A DNA stretch of 64,000 bases from Tubulanus polymorphus. Its lineage: Eukaryota > Animalia > Nemertea. Numbering within the stretch: the stretch's first letter is position 1; each line of letters opens with the position of its first letter. The stretch is from the NCBI RefSeq assembly GCF_964204645.1, contig NC_134025.1:9858001-9922000 (forward strand). Reading direction: 5' to 3'. The translations under genes were made by a program, and so were the position numbers. This document shows positions 24,847 through 38,902 of the stretch, in pieces. The notes beneath the pieces were generated by a model. That model was not told where the DNA came from. It made no database searches and was given only the letters and a program-made list of their open reading frames with translations.

Positions 24847-27132
24847 TATTGTCCGCACACACTTAATCGTTTTATGGTAAACCGTATCTTATCTCATTAC
24901 AAATGAGTCACAGTGCCTTTCACCTTATTTACATGACGCATCGCCACTGGCGACTCGCAGCCCTGGTCGGATTGTTCTGTTACGTTGACCAGGTTTTCTC
25001 CCTGTCTCTCTCTTTCGGTCGTGATTTTTACGTCCATATACGCTCTTTCTATTAGCAATTACTATACTCGGAAATTGTTGACATCAATAAACGACGAAAT
25101 TGCATATACCAGTCTGAACTCTCGGCGTTTAAGTATCGAGCAACGACGATTTGTAGTAAAGTGGCACAGAGTCCGTATTTATAGAGAATGCTTAAAACCA
25201 CGAGCGACAATGCCAACGTCCTGAACGATGAGGAAGAAGGAGGAAATATTCACAAGGTAGGTCGAGAGCCTGCACTCGACTCCAACGTATATTCTCCACT
25301 CCACTCGCGGTTTTAAAACGAAAGGGTGAACTGTTTATGTTTGCTTGAACTTTGAGACATCTGTCGCACGAATTTAAATCAAACAAAATATATACCTCTC
25401 AATAAATAAATCGATTTGTTGACCGATTATCAGTCAATGTTTATATTGCCGAGTACTGTAAACTTCGCTGTTTGAAAGCGCGTCCGCGACTCAACACGAT
25501 AAAGAATGCAGTGATTTGCTTCTCCTGTGCATCGTAAAACACTTAGGTATGTCCCTAGAGCGATTGGAGCGAATTAATGCAATATGTACGACGCATTGCA
25601 GTACTTTCTTTCGAAGCCGAATCTTTTTGAGTTCATTAATTCAGAGGCGACATTCTAGCCCGAAGCAGTCTCGGTGCACGCGACGCAAAGGTTATCGTTT
25701 GGATTCTTGATTTTACGGCGGGGATCAAATTCCTTCACTAACTTCACACGAACGAGCCTCTAACTTGACAGCGCGCAAAAAAAGAGCCGTCATCTCCGAA
25801 ACCGACTGGTGCCAACGAGTATTTAGACGTAACGACTATACTAAATACCATCTTCTCATCACGATGTTTTCGTTAGTAAATAAATATGTTCACCCTTGAT
25901 TGATAGTTTGTACGAGTAAATTATCCCGTATTTGCACATATAGTAGAGCAATCGAGACCGATGTCTGCTATTAGAGTAACCTTTGCCGCGATATGTGGGG
26001 TGAGAAAAAATATCGCCATAAACACTCTCTACTTTAGAACGAAATATCATCAAGACGTACGTTTTAATAACATTAATACGTTTATTTTACGATTGTCGTC
26101 TACGTTTTACAGTTAAAAGTTTCACGGAATGAATGGAAAGGTTTTTTTGCAGGTTCTCTCTGAAGATAGATATGATAACACGCACGACATAGCAAAAAGC
26201 TTCACAACATCGCATTTTCACCTCAAGTAATTCGTCGTTTATAAACCACAAGCTGCACTCGTACAAACACAATTCAGCACTCTAATTAACCTGATATACA
26301 TTGATTCAATATTGACAGCAGTCACAACGTTGACAATCACAACCTGCGACTTTTTTAGTTTGACGCTATTTTCAAATACACCTAATGTTTCGATTTATGC
26401 GGCCATTACTAGCCATTACGTTTTATCTTGTTACTCCCAAATCGAGGGTATTTACATACTTAATACAGCTATAATACGCAACCAAAGCTATTACACATTT
26501 TGCAAATAATGACGTATCTTTGGTTGTGACATATATATTCTACTGAAAGGGGTTATAACTCGATTGCATCAAATGGCAATGTATTACAGCCGCGCCTTTC
26601 AAAGGTACGTCATAAGGAACTGGAAACATGTCTATTTTGCTACATATGATTCTTACGCTGAAAGCGATGAAAATGTCGAACACAAATACAAGTCAAGTCT
26701 TCTCGAAGACGTCTTGTATAGAATATATGTACATCTAAGATTGCTCTATATCAAGAAAGTAAGTTATGTCAAGTCTGTTGCACTTGATCTGGGCGTGTGC
26801 GAACCTTTGTTTATTTTGCCAGTGTCTTCGTTAGTGAATAAATCATATATACAGTAGAATGAATCTATTATATATTTCAATAAAGATATGATATTAGTCG
26901 TTAAAATAACATTTTGTCTTTTTGATACCGACATATATTAAGGCCGTAGTTGGTTTTTGTCTGTGTTAATTTATGTGTGGTTTGTTTATGAATTAAACAT
27001 ACAGAGATAAATGTGATGGAGTGTAAACATTCATTTGCTGAAGCGACGAAACAGTGCACACTAAATCGCGTATGTTTGAATATAATTCTTCCCTATCAGA
27101 TCTCCAAATCCTACGATATATTTTCATATATC

Positions 27133-30100
27133 CTACGATATTAATTCGGGTTCGTTTTCCTGGATATTCGACGCTGGTTGGCTTGCCTCCTCTTCGGGGT
27201 ATTCTTCTGGGGAATCATCTTGAATCAACGGCTGTTCGTCGCCTATGTAAACGTGTACGTCTGCCGAATCGGCAGATGACGAATGCACGTCATCGTCGTT
27301 ATTATCCTCATTCGCGTTACCTTCATTATCCCCAAACTTTCCCTCTCCACTCTCGCAATCTCCCCCATCGACTGCATTATCCGAAGCTACTTCTTCGGTC
27401 GCTTGTTCGGGTTCGATGACTTGTTCTTCTTTAGCCACGTCCTCTTCCTCCTCAACAGTCACCATAACTTGTGCATCTCCAGGAACAAGCTGTTCGCATT
27501 CTTCTTGGTGATTTCTCGGGGCGGTTTGTGGCGTGGCGGGTTGCGATTCCGAACCACTAGCTGTCGTTTCCTCTTCTACCACTTCAACTACAGGCGTGAT
27601 ATTGGCCATATTTCCGAATCCATTCCCATGGTGATGACCATTCGTGCGACCGTTGCCGTTTTTCGAATGTGCCCTGCCATTCCCATTTTTTCTCAGTATG
27701 CCCGGACTTACGGGATACCTGGGGGCGCTGGTACTCGGCGCCGAACCGTTGTGGTCAAGCGCGCTTTCGTGACTACTAGAATTGCTGCTATTACTGCTTC
27801 CAACGTTCCCATCGTTATCGAGTAGTCCATTCAAACTGTTAAAGCTATCCTGTCTTGAACCGATTCCACTTCCGAATCCGTTCGTTTGCCAGCTCGTCTG
27901 TCTGCTGATGAGCGGCCGGTATTCCATCGTCATTTCGTGGTGGTTGTCGCTTATTACTGGTTTACCCTTCTTCATGTCAATGAAATCTTGTAAGACGTTA
28001 CTAAAAGCAATGAGATGATTACGGCATAAACAGTGTGCGACAAACTTCTGTCACAAATGGGAAAAATGGCTTAGATACTCACTGTATTTTGACAAGCAAT
28101 TTCTCTTGTCGAGCCATCCTATTCTTGATCGTCACCATATTCTGTTCTTGGATGGTCATTTGGGCCGCCATTTGGTCGATGACCTTCGAATAGGGAGTAA
28201 CTGGCTCTTTATCCCAGTCGAGAGCTCTTTGTAGATTGGGAATTTCTTCTATGTCTTTGTAATATCGAGTTCGATATCCCTGCGCAAGGAAAAAAATAGG
28301 AAAACTCAAAATCTTCAACGGACCCATGAGGTCAATATCGTAACTTAATGATGATAACTTTTCACGTGATTAAACAAATTATGAAATTTCTGAATACGGT
28401 GTCGGGAAATCTTGATCTTTCTTGATCTGAGAAAAACCTGGGCCTATCTCACAAAACGATTTGAAATTTAATAAGTGTATTACCAATATGTGTATGACCA
28501 ACTGATAATTAAATCTTATAAAGCGTGTCTTCGAAACGGGCCCCTGTCCAGTAAGTCAAAGCATTTTTATTCACGCATGCCAGTTCATTCGAATTCACCG
28601 TTTTTGTTGTTGTAAGTTGCGGATAATACTATTCAGTATTAACAGTCAACTGCTAAATGGATAATGCTCACCTTTCCCGTACAGACGCTGTTTATCTCGA
28701 CCCTGGCGACGATCCAAGCTCTGTTCAACTCGAGAGATCTCAAGGCGTCGTTCTGCACAGTTTGGTAAGTGTCGCTGAGTTGAGCAATGAGGATGTTGAG
28801 AAGTATTATACTGCACGTGATTAGAAATAGCACCATTAAGACGGATCCCATTGCTCTGAAAAAATAAAGGCCGTGTTTTCGATGGCTCCATCCCAAAAAT
28901 AATGTAAGAAACTTTTGCACATTTCTATGATCAATATTTTGCTCCACAAGGTTCCCGTATATCCTCACTCAAGGGTCATTCCCCGTAATAATTGCATTTT
29001 TCTTGTACATAGTACGTGACGTCCTTACCCGTACTGAGTCTGTGCGCCGGTGTACGTAACTATCGGCTCTCCTTCGACCAGAGTTCGCACCCCCGTAAAC
29101 AGAATATGCCAGAAATTCCTTCGAAAAAGAAGAGCAGCAGATTGGCAGTATTTGTGCAAAAAGGGGTCTATGGCATACATTAGATACCATTCACTCACAA
29201 ATATGTTAGCAAGCGTCCGCAGAATTTAGTTACAGAATTACCAGACATATAGACTAATTAATGGAATGTACAAACAGAAGTATATATTTGCTTTTCTCTC
29301 TCATTTTGGAAAAGTCATACGATGGAAAATAACGTGTGACACTGTCGTCGATACTTACCGAGTCTCTTCGTGTTTGCCCAACATATCTTCACCGCGCAAT
29401 GCTAACAAAAACGAACCGCTAAATGCCAGCAGTATAACGGCAAACAAGATGGTAAACTGAGGGAAATCCTGGGCAAACACCCTCCACAAAGTCTGAGCAT
29501 ACGCACCCGTTTGTCTAGAAAATAAAATGAAAGGAATACATCGCGTGTGGACACAGGAGGCGCGAGAGCGAGAATATTAGCTACATCGCATATTATTGTC
29601 TTAACTTAAATGCGTATTAAGAAAGTCGATAAAATGTTTCATCTTAAAGAAGATAGTCAAGCGCTTTCTTCTGGTGAGAACACCCTTCATCTGTAATTCT
29701 TAAGATGCAGAACAAAAATATTTGGGGCTATTTTGAGTCAAGAACTCGATATAGAGTGTCTTTCTATTCTTACTACGTAAACATTCAGAAATTCGGTCGA
29801 AGGAACATCACGACATTAAACCTATACGCCAACCATCTTTCCATCAATGATCTCCCCATCTCCACCTTCCTCGTTAGATTTTTTACCTGAAAACCGGTGC
29901 GTATTTGAATATTCTGAACGTCCATGCCAAGTACCCAGCTGAAAATACGGGCCATTGGGCGTATTTGTAAGGTGTATATCGTAACGGTATCACAGATAGC
30001 AAGAGCCCAATGGAAATGAGATCATGCCAGTTGAATCGGTCTTTGAAATACTCAATACGATGCCTAAAAATGGAAACAAGCGAGATTACGAATATCATCG

Positions 30101-33100
30101 ATGCAGATATTTTTAATGTGCTTGCTGGGTTGATTTCATCGTGAATTACTATTTGCAATTTCTATGTCGTATATTAATTAATTTATTATTAGATTGTCAC
30201 CTGCACATCTGCACCAATTCCAGCAGAAGCGAGTACGCCACCTGGCAAAATCCGATGGCTTCGAAAGCTGCACGAGAGATTTGAAGTGGTGTATCGTAGA
30301 CCGTCGGATCGTTGGTCATCGTCGATACGACAGCCGTATAGGTCAAGGCAAATAGCGATATGAGGAAGACAATAGCATTGAATCTGTAAAAGATGATAAG
30401 TTGCGAAAGACTTTACTAGATTAAAAAGCCTATGAGAACTTAATAGTGTTGGTACTATTACGTTCAAACGCGAGCGATTGAGTGATGGAAACATCCATGG
30501 TCCAGTTCCATAGTTCTGAGTTAAGTTTTGAAAATGAATTAACTTTAACTCAGAGTTAACTCCAAGTCACGACTGTGGAACTCGGTCCATATGACTAATG
30601 ATCTGAAACTTACTGAAATCGCCATTTGGCGAATTTTCTCCATTTACGGCGAACGAGAAGTCGCACTACGTTATGATAACCGATCTCCTGGAAAAGAAAT
30701 AAGAAGATCAGCTAGTTCGATCGATAGAATTACTACGTAGTCCTTTTTTTGTCGTTTCTGCTTCGGGGGGCGTATTTTTCTTGAGGGTAGAATTATTTCG
30801 GGCCACTATGAAAGACACGGACTGCAGCTGTCACCTCCCAAGAGTCTATAATCTTTTTTATTTTTCACGAGATCACATAGATTGTTAATCTGAGGACATT
30901 CAGTGATTCGATCAGTTGCGACAATGCCATGTGATCTCGTTCATGCCTCACGTTATTGCCAAACTGAGCGATGAGTTGTAGAGCGGACTTTGACGATCGA
31001 TTGAAGTCCGGGTGATCGGGACCGCGGCCTTTTTCATCGCCCTCCAAAACTTGATAGTACACGCGGTAGTTTTCGGTACATCTGCTACATAGTTCTAGCA
31101 TACAGTCCAAAACGCCGAGCGCCGTTTTCTAGAAAACATTGGATGAAAGAAAAAACCCATACACAACGCGTGGAGTGGATTATGGCTGAAATATTTATTG
31201 AAACTGTATCTGAATATTAGAAAAAGCCCGCAAGAAACTCGTGGGAATAACATTCGCTGTTTTAAATTGTTAATCAACATTCGAATCCGCACAAGTTGCG
31301 TCTCTAACGGCTGGTGATTAATTCAACGAAATCCGAAGCTCGTCGGCTATACAGATTGAATATGATATTACCTGCATGCCAGTGTGTATAAGGTGGTGGA
31401 AACTGAATTCAGCCGTCTGCGTTTCGGTGCTCGCATAGATCTGTCGGACCCTGGAAAAATGATGGGGGCAAACCGCGTAAAATATATATCGCCGTTGGCA
31501 ATAAACCGTCCTGGCGAAGCTCAGATTTGGCATTTGATCGCATCTGGGAGCTATTCGTTGTATTTTAGTATTCCGGCCGCATAGAGTTTCGATGTTTTGT
31601 ACCCAAGTGCTCGGTAATGTTGGAAATGGACATTTAGTCTGCCAGCCTGCCGATGCGCAAAGAAAAACGATCAATTACTAATGGCATCGGAAAAACTCCG
31701 ATAGAAAAATAGACGATTCCAATGGTTCGTAAACATTGTACACCAAGCCAGACGTAGAAACGTTAAACCTTTGGCTGGTTTTATGGCCACGTATTAACTT
31801 GAATCTCTTGGGCCGGTTTTTATAGACGACACTTAACTTGAACCTAGGGATATTGAGTATATATAAACCGTGGTAACATTGGTTCTTTGAAATTTGTATT
31901 TTCACTTATGTATACGAGAAAACTAATCAGGTAGTTAGCAATGTAGGTGTGTTAGTGTGTCTGATTAGTTAAGACATCGCATTTTACACGTGACCAGAAA
32001 GCAAAAACCCTAAGCGGATTTAATCACAGATTTTCACGGCCAATATCCATCAGTAACCGAATACATGGTCGATGGTGGCTGTCTTCCTGTAATGAACGAT
32101 CGCTCGAACATCACCACCCGCTATCATTGCCATCAACGTCTGCTTTATATTGCTTTATAAATTCATTTGCGGCCCCTCGCATTTGATATTATTACTCACT
32201 AAAAGCTTACGTACGTGGCTGCCGGAATATATTGCAAAAGCGAAGCCGCAATTTCATCCGATTTCTTTGTGAGGGCAATCTTAAAAGGTGACGCCGAGTC
32301 TTGATCTTTTGCCAGTGGATGGGCGTCGTATTCCAGTAAACGGGTACAAACTCCGATCAAACCGCGTCTGACTGCGTAGTGTAATGGAGTCTGTTTCTGA
32401 TCGTCAGTTGATGTTGGATTGGCCCCGCGAAACAGTAAGATTCGGACGAATGTTTCCACCTGAAATAGATAGTCGACGACGAATATGTAGATTTGTAAAA
32501 TAAATCAGATTTGAGCTTCGGTGTTATTTAGAGTGGGTTTGGGTTTTCACAATTATATATTTATATGTAAACACTGTGTCACCGTAATCAGAATTGATTA
32601 CGAATAAAAAATATACTTTTCCGATAAGCCGTTTCGCGAAAGGCTGTGGATACCTTTATTTCCGTGTAGACCGTTGACACGACGGAGAGTAGCGCTTTAT
32701 CTAAGCCGCCTTGTGCTTCTACCAAACGATCAAGAAGAACTTCAATTTCCGCCTCTTGCTTGCCGATCAGATAAACTCTCATCTTCCGCGCGATCTGCGA
32801 CACATAAACATCACGAAATCAGCGATAGAAGAAAGCGCACAGGTGTCGATATAAAAATTTTCAGAAGATCTCCGTCACGAGTTTTTCTTAGAAAAGAAAA
32901 CCGTCTTTCAACTGTATTTCAGACGTGGCTGAATATGGTTGAAGATATTGGAAATACGTAATTACGACAAATGGTTTGCAGTTTCTATGAAAGATTATTT
33001 TGTACACTACATAGACTTATCGATGATGAGTGATCGTGAATTATTGATGTTACTTTATTTAGCGACACAGCGTGAAACAGACACCGAGCAAGAATGACGT

Positions 33101-34421
33101 CACGCATCGTAAAAACGGGGAACGCTATTATTAAAATCCATGATACACGGCTTTAGATAACAATTTGTAAAAATCGGCTAACGTTTCTGGGAATCAGATT
33201 TCCTTAGCGACGAGAATAGACATACATAACCACCGATGGAAAATTGATTTCCTAACCGTAAAATGATATTGCTCAGGCAACCAAGTCAGCAAATAATCGG
33301 GTATAAGCGAAACCGAAGCGGAAACGTCAAAGGTGATATTAATGGAAATGGTCTTGTTGTGGATACGAAAATTACCGCAAAGCAACATTGCAGACTAATT
33401 CTAGTGGATCAAGAAAATCTAATCGAAAAGATGTCGCGTAGCAAATACGCAGAGATAGGAGACGAAGTCAGGCGTATTTTGATGCCATTTTATATTCTAA
33501 TATGGAAGAAGAGAACATTACTTTGAACGGGAAGCGAGGACCAGTTAATATCCACGATCACTCAGATTTGCCCCGAAACATTTCAGCTTACGGACAATGA
33601 GTAATGAAAACACTTGAATTGCATTCGGTTCCTTAATATCCTGTTTTAAACAGGAAATCAATCAAATAACCCGATTCTGACTTCGTTAAAAAATTACTGC
33701 AGATCTATCAATAGTATCTGACGCAATTGATGGCTACAATGGTTCGCCTAATCATGGACGTGTAAATCTAGTTTATATACGTACGTCCATGGCCTAATGA
33801 TCCATATATATTTCTTCATTTCTATGATATTTACTATCTAAAAGCATATGTCTGTGCTAGTACATGTATATGTAAACTCTTACCTGAGTTTGAAAACCTT
33901 GATCGTCGCGGAGGCCTGATACGTCATCGATGAACTCCGATATGTCGATTGGTCCGCGTTCGTCGTCATCTTCGTTAACGGAATACCCCCTATTGTAAAC
34001 ACCTAATCCTGATAAACCGAAATTTAAAAAGAGTGAAAAACATTTGATATCAATGAACTAATGTAGATATTGGAGGATATCATTTGGTTTTTGGTTATTT
34101 TGTTTCATAAAATGAATGGAAAATATGCGTTTTTCCAATAAAACTATATGGCAGTAAATTCGGACCATAACGTAACATTCCTGATTTTCGTTAAGAACAT
34201 ATCAGGAATTTTGAATTATAGCCATAATCAGCCACCATAGAAAAACTATACCCACCATTTTCTACTTCTGCCGCATAGATAGCTTGAAGTTCAATGTCCA
34301 TGTACTCCGTCCCGTCGGAGATTCTCTTCGATGACGCACCGGGTCGGCTGCGTTGGGAATGGGCCCTGCGGAACGGTTTCTTTCGTCGCTCCACAGTGGC
34401 AGCACTCGACCTCGAGGCCAT
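27133..34421 (-). CDS. Ankyrin-repeat 6TM TRP-family cation channel (TRPV/TRPA/TRPVL-like), about 953 aa from ATG 34421
   Basis: 14 exons join in frame (2862 nt): 34421-34256, 34008-33884, 32794-32654, 32459-32215, 31450-31372, 31128-30952, 30687-30614, 30383-30201, 30063-29887, 29514-29359, 29118-29029, 28855-28672, 28279-28083, 28000-27133. Features: ankyrin repeats (GANP..QTPLHYAV..), pre-S1 VRLLVRRKW, YFKDRFNWHD, S4-S5 linker RQTGAYAQ..QDF, S6 LLNILIAQLSDTY, a predicted coiled coil and a long acidic tail. Confidence 0.9.
30498..30589. mobile_element. Short palindromic MITE in a TRP intron
   Basis: TGGTCCAGTTCCATAG / CTGTGGAACTCGGTCCA termini with internal inverted CTGAGTTAA / TTAACTCAG. 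Confidence 0.65.
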
Positions 34422-36717
34422 GCTGTTAACGATTAATGAAAAGTAAAGAAAAAAAACGAAAGAGATTAAGTCGGGATTTCATCAAAGGATAAACTTTCAA
34501 TGATACTAGCAAGCATCGAGGGTTTCTGCGTTTGATCTGTGGGAGGCAGTTCTCAATCAACATGTTCTATATCGACTACGTGCTAATTTTTCACAGCGGG
34601 TTTAATTTTCGCTTCCATTGAAGCGAAGTTTTTCTTCCGGAAATAAGACATTAGTCGTCAATTTCGATATATCGACATACCGTAAATCAAAATGGAAATA
34701 TCAATTCTTCAGCGGCAGGGATTTCATCCACTTTTTTCGACCGACTGAATGTTCGCATTATTTTCCAATAGAGACGTTCGACCCGTTAATAGTGTCGTTC
34801 GATTTGTGGAGAAAACCGCTATACAGCTATATGGTATTTTCCCCTCAACAAATACGTCTCATGCGAAGATATTCTGTCTTGTCATGTGGTCTGCCAATAG
34901 TAGTCGATTAAGCGTCGTCTCGCTTTGACGAGATAGAAAATTTCCCCCATCCGAGTAAATTGAAGCACTATTCTGGATGTCATTTAACATTGATTTCAGT
35001 TATTTGAATAACGAGACAAGTGACACACGCAGACAGATGAACTGATAAATGCGGGAACCAACCGGCAGCTACCTTTGTCGTGCCGGGATTATGGATGGCT
35101 TACGATTGCGAGCCTTCGTCATCAATTGTCCATTATATAGTTCGAGCGATGAGACGTTAAAAGATACGAGCTTTTCCGGCAGAGATCTTCTATTTATTAA
35201 ATGGATCGCTACGCTTATCCCATATGCCATATTGTAATCCTAGAGAAATGGCCTATTAGTTTTCAGCGACCATTTACACCCAGACATTGATGAACTCCCA
35301 TGCGAGTCAAAAAGGCATACAAGGTTTTTTGTTAGTTCGTCTAGATTTTTACTGTTTCCTGCCAGTATCTGATAGCATTCCAATTATTAGTTTGTTTTCG
35401 TTTTCGTACGGCAGACAAAATACGCTATTAATATTGAAGAAGCGTTAGTCGCTAGGGAGAGTCTGTCAACTGAATTGCCATATCGCTGCTGTCTGTGATA
35501 TTTGCCTTCTACTTCACTTGTGATAATATTTCGTTGACTTGTTATTCCAGTAACTTACGGCGTGCCAAACTCTCAACTGTTGATTTGAACCGTGCGGTTG
35601 TTGATACATAACGCGTTTGGCCGGGGGCATTTTTTATCCGTTTTTTACTCATCTTTGAATAAATCTCATGGCTAGCTGACTATCACAAGACGAAACCTAT
35701 ATCGAAAATAGCTCGCAGCCCCTTGTCAATCAGTATTCCACTTGTATGCAGATAACAAACAAACAAGTATCAACTGAACTATCAAGAGATGTAACATAAA
35801 ACCGAAAAACGATTCTAATCTGCACGCATGTCTTTGGATAGTATCATTATAGTTATATATATTCCGTTATAAGTGAAACTAACGTCACCAACAAAACAAC
35901 TACATGAAATTAAACAAAAAATTTTAACAATTGAATTTATTCAATTGAACGTACAGAATAAAATTACTGATACAAAAAACTAATTAATTTTATGATAGGC
36001 AAAATGTCCTTCCAAATACACGAATTTACGTCACAAATTAATACAAAAGCGCACCACGTAAGAACGTCAACGTAAACCATTTCCGGGTTACGTTGCAGAA
36101 CAAACCGCGGTTTTGCGCCGACTATGGTTTATGGGTTAGAGACTATTTCAGCAATTATCTCGACACCGGAGCCCGGCTAAGATTGAGTGATCTTGCGCTA
36201 TAAAACTTGTGCCGCTAAATTAGTTGCACACGCGAGCATCGAGGCGGGCTGCTCAGAAAAAGCTAGATTTAATCATGCGCGCCGCCAGATTGATTTCTTT
36301 TCATCTCTTACTCAATTCAAATATTTAAACTACTTTCCATTTCAAATATTGGACCTATTCAATCGATTGGCGGTGGTGGAACATTTTCTCATCAAACAAA
36401 CCAAAGAGAAGCCGTAGCGTGGATGAATGCGTTCGACATCGTCTTAATACACCCTCAAAGAAAATTGCATTATAACGCATTTTCGAGATGTTTCTGTCAG
36501 TGGCTAAGAGTGTGCGCTATATAGCGGCAGCCAAACCACTCTGGTAGGAGTAACAGACTTAAAAATCATAATCGTTAGGAATTCCAGATAAACCATACGT
36601 CAATATTACGCTTGAACAGGCAAGTGTTCTTTCGACGCGGAAAGAAATAAGTTAATGCCGTCATCGTTATCTATGGTGGTTTATAAGGGTCATGACGTAA
36701 AATTCCTAGTATGCAAC

Positions 36718-36817
36718 CATGGGCACCAGAACGCCAGAAAAAGAAAAAACGAATTTTCTTTAAAAGTTCGTTTTGGCGCACCAAAAAACTTTCGTTTTGG
36801 CGTTTCGGCACCCTCAT
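36718..36817. mobile_element. Small TIR element
   Basis: CATGGGCACCAGAACGCCA / TGGCGTTTCGGCACCCTCAT imperfect inverted ends. The internal TTTGGCGCACCAA..TTTTGGCGT block also occurs at about 13168-13201. Confidence 0.45.
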
Positions 36818-38589
36818 TTGCATATCAAGACATTTTTTGTTATGGCCCGAGTCAGCCACCATCGTTTTCTGCATCGTAACGGAACATCTAAGGTGGCATA
36901 TGACATTTTAAGGCTGCATCAGAATCACTCAAATGCATAGTAAACCCGATCGTTTCATAAGATACAGTGTAAGAGTGTTAAACATTAATATCTTTCTACA
37001 ATACAGCATGATTGGGTTTTCGATGTTTGTTCATATTAGTTCAAGTACTTTCAAGGAAGATCTTTTTCAATAAATGAGATATTCATTTCGCTTCTGATGG
37101 ATACGAGATCTTCTATTCTTCAATTCCATATATGGCATAGATACCCATCCTCCTCGGCAGGGATTCGAACCTGATGGCATCGCTCGACCGTGGCGGTCTC
37201 AATGCTGTCATGTTCGACATCCAGGCTAGTTTTGAATAGTTAAGTGAACGGGAAATGTCATTAATATTTGGTTTAGTCTTCAACTAGCAGCTCCAATTCT
37301 TAGGCCTAGTGTCATAACCATTACTTAACTGAGAGTATATGAAATATTCAATTAACGAAGACAATTGAATTAGCGGTTAAACATGGCACAGGCAGAAAAT
37401 GGGACTGAACGCGGGAAGTATAGACTGACGATCCTGTGTCAAAAGAGGAGACGACCAAATTAGTTCGCGTGAGACTCACTCCATCGAGAAAAATGCGACT
37501 CTTGTTACCGTGATTGCGTCGTAATTAGAGACACGAATACTCTTTACACGAAAAGCTCTTACCGTCGACGGTATCATTCCTTCCGAAATTCAGTAAAAAT
37601 TGATGCCTCATTTAGCTGCTTACCTCGCCTCAGTTTCCAGCAATAATACATTTACAGATAATTCTAATGGTGAAATGCTGTTTAAGATTATTCTTTGACG
37701 CTCGATTTTGGATCAAAACTTTACTCAAAAGGTTTCCGTCTCGGAGCTACTATCAATCGCAAATGGGCAAATGAAAAGATGTTTTGATTTGACAAATAGG
37801 TAACTTTGATTATACGGTTGCATGGACCAAACGGAAGAACAAATGGCTACCTCACCCTTGACCTTTCATTGTATTGAGAAAAAAGTGAAGTTTTAGTTGC
37901 ATTTACACTGTTCCGAACTTATCAATAATTCTCATTTGCCGGCATCGATACCGTAACCTCGTGGACTACTAATATTTACAGATATGTTTATGCAAATATA
38001 TATGGATGAAACTAATCAGCCGTATCTATATATATCGACATACCTGTTATTGGCGTTCCGGGTCGTTTGGTCGAATTTTGTGCACTCGCGCGTTATCTAT
38101 CACCGACTGCCTCCGATCAGACGTCCAGCAGATCCTGAACATATCAGCGACACTCGTCGAATTAATGCCGAAAGTGGATCTGGACTATCGTCGCCATCGT
38201 CGTCAACGCTGTCTAAGGTTGAAGTAGCTATTCATTTGACCGCGCTCACTACTTCGAGTAGGATTATGGATTATATCTTATTAGTATTAATACTTGTAAC
38301 CCAGACATGCCTCGGGCCGAAAGCACACTCACAACATCGACGTAAATACGTCTTAAGTACCAAATACGCATCATTCTTCATTAACCACACAAAGATTCGT
38401 TTGATTCGTTGTATCTTAATTCAACTTGTCTTTATGGAATACAGTACAATTCGTATTGCCATCATATTTTAAGATACGCACTGAATTGTCCATTGAAGAA
38501 TTAAGAAATAAGAATTAAGATATTTTCCACGTGAACCGTTCGTAAATGCAAATAGAAAATGAGGTACCCGCACCGCTACCGTGGCAATC

Positions 38590-38902
38590 GAGGATTCCAC
38601 GTATGGCAGGCGAGGATCCGCTAGGTGTCGCTAGCAGGTACTCGGTCTTCTGCGTTCGATTTCTTCTACATTTCAATTTAAACTAATGAACTTTTCTCTC
38701 TACAGAATCGATTATCAATGAAAACTATACCACTGAGTAGATGAATGAATTTATTGTATATATACTTGGTAGGTCCTGTGATAATATATGGATTCGGGAG
38801 TCTAGAAATCCAGTTCAAAGTTCATTGAAAATGAATTTTGACAACGGAAGACCTACTGTTCGTCACGCCATCTGGTGGGATAGCTCGTTGCGCGGATTCC
38901 CC
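38590..38902. mobile_element. Degenerate TIR element with CTCF-like motifs near both ends
   Basis: Left end GAGGATTCCACG...CCGCTAGGTGTCGC; right end (reverse complement) GGGGAATCCGCG...CCACCAGATGGCG. Confidence 0.4.

Noticed and set aside
27054-28018. Plus-strand ORFs of 121, 180 and 78 aa
   Set aside because: Antisense shadows of the TRP terminal exon.
37984-38472. 162-aa plus-strand ORF
   Set aside because: No recognisable domain or supporting exon structure. The splice signals here are on the minus strand.
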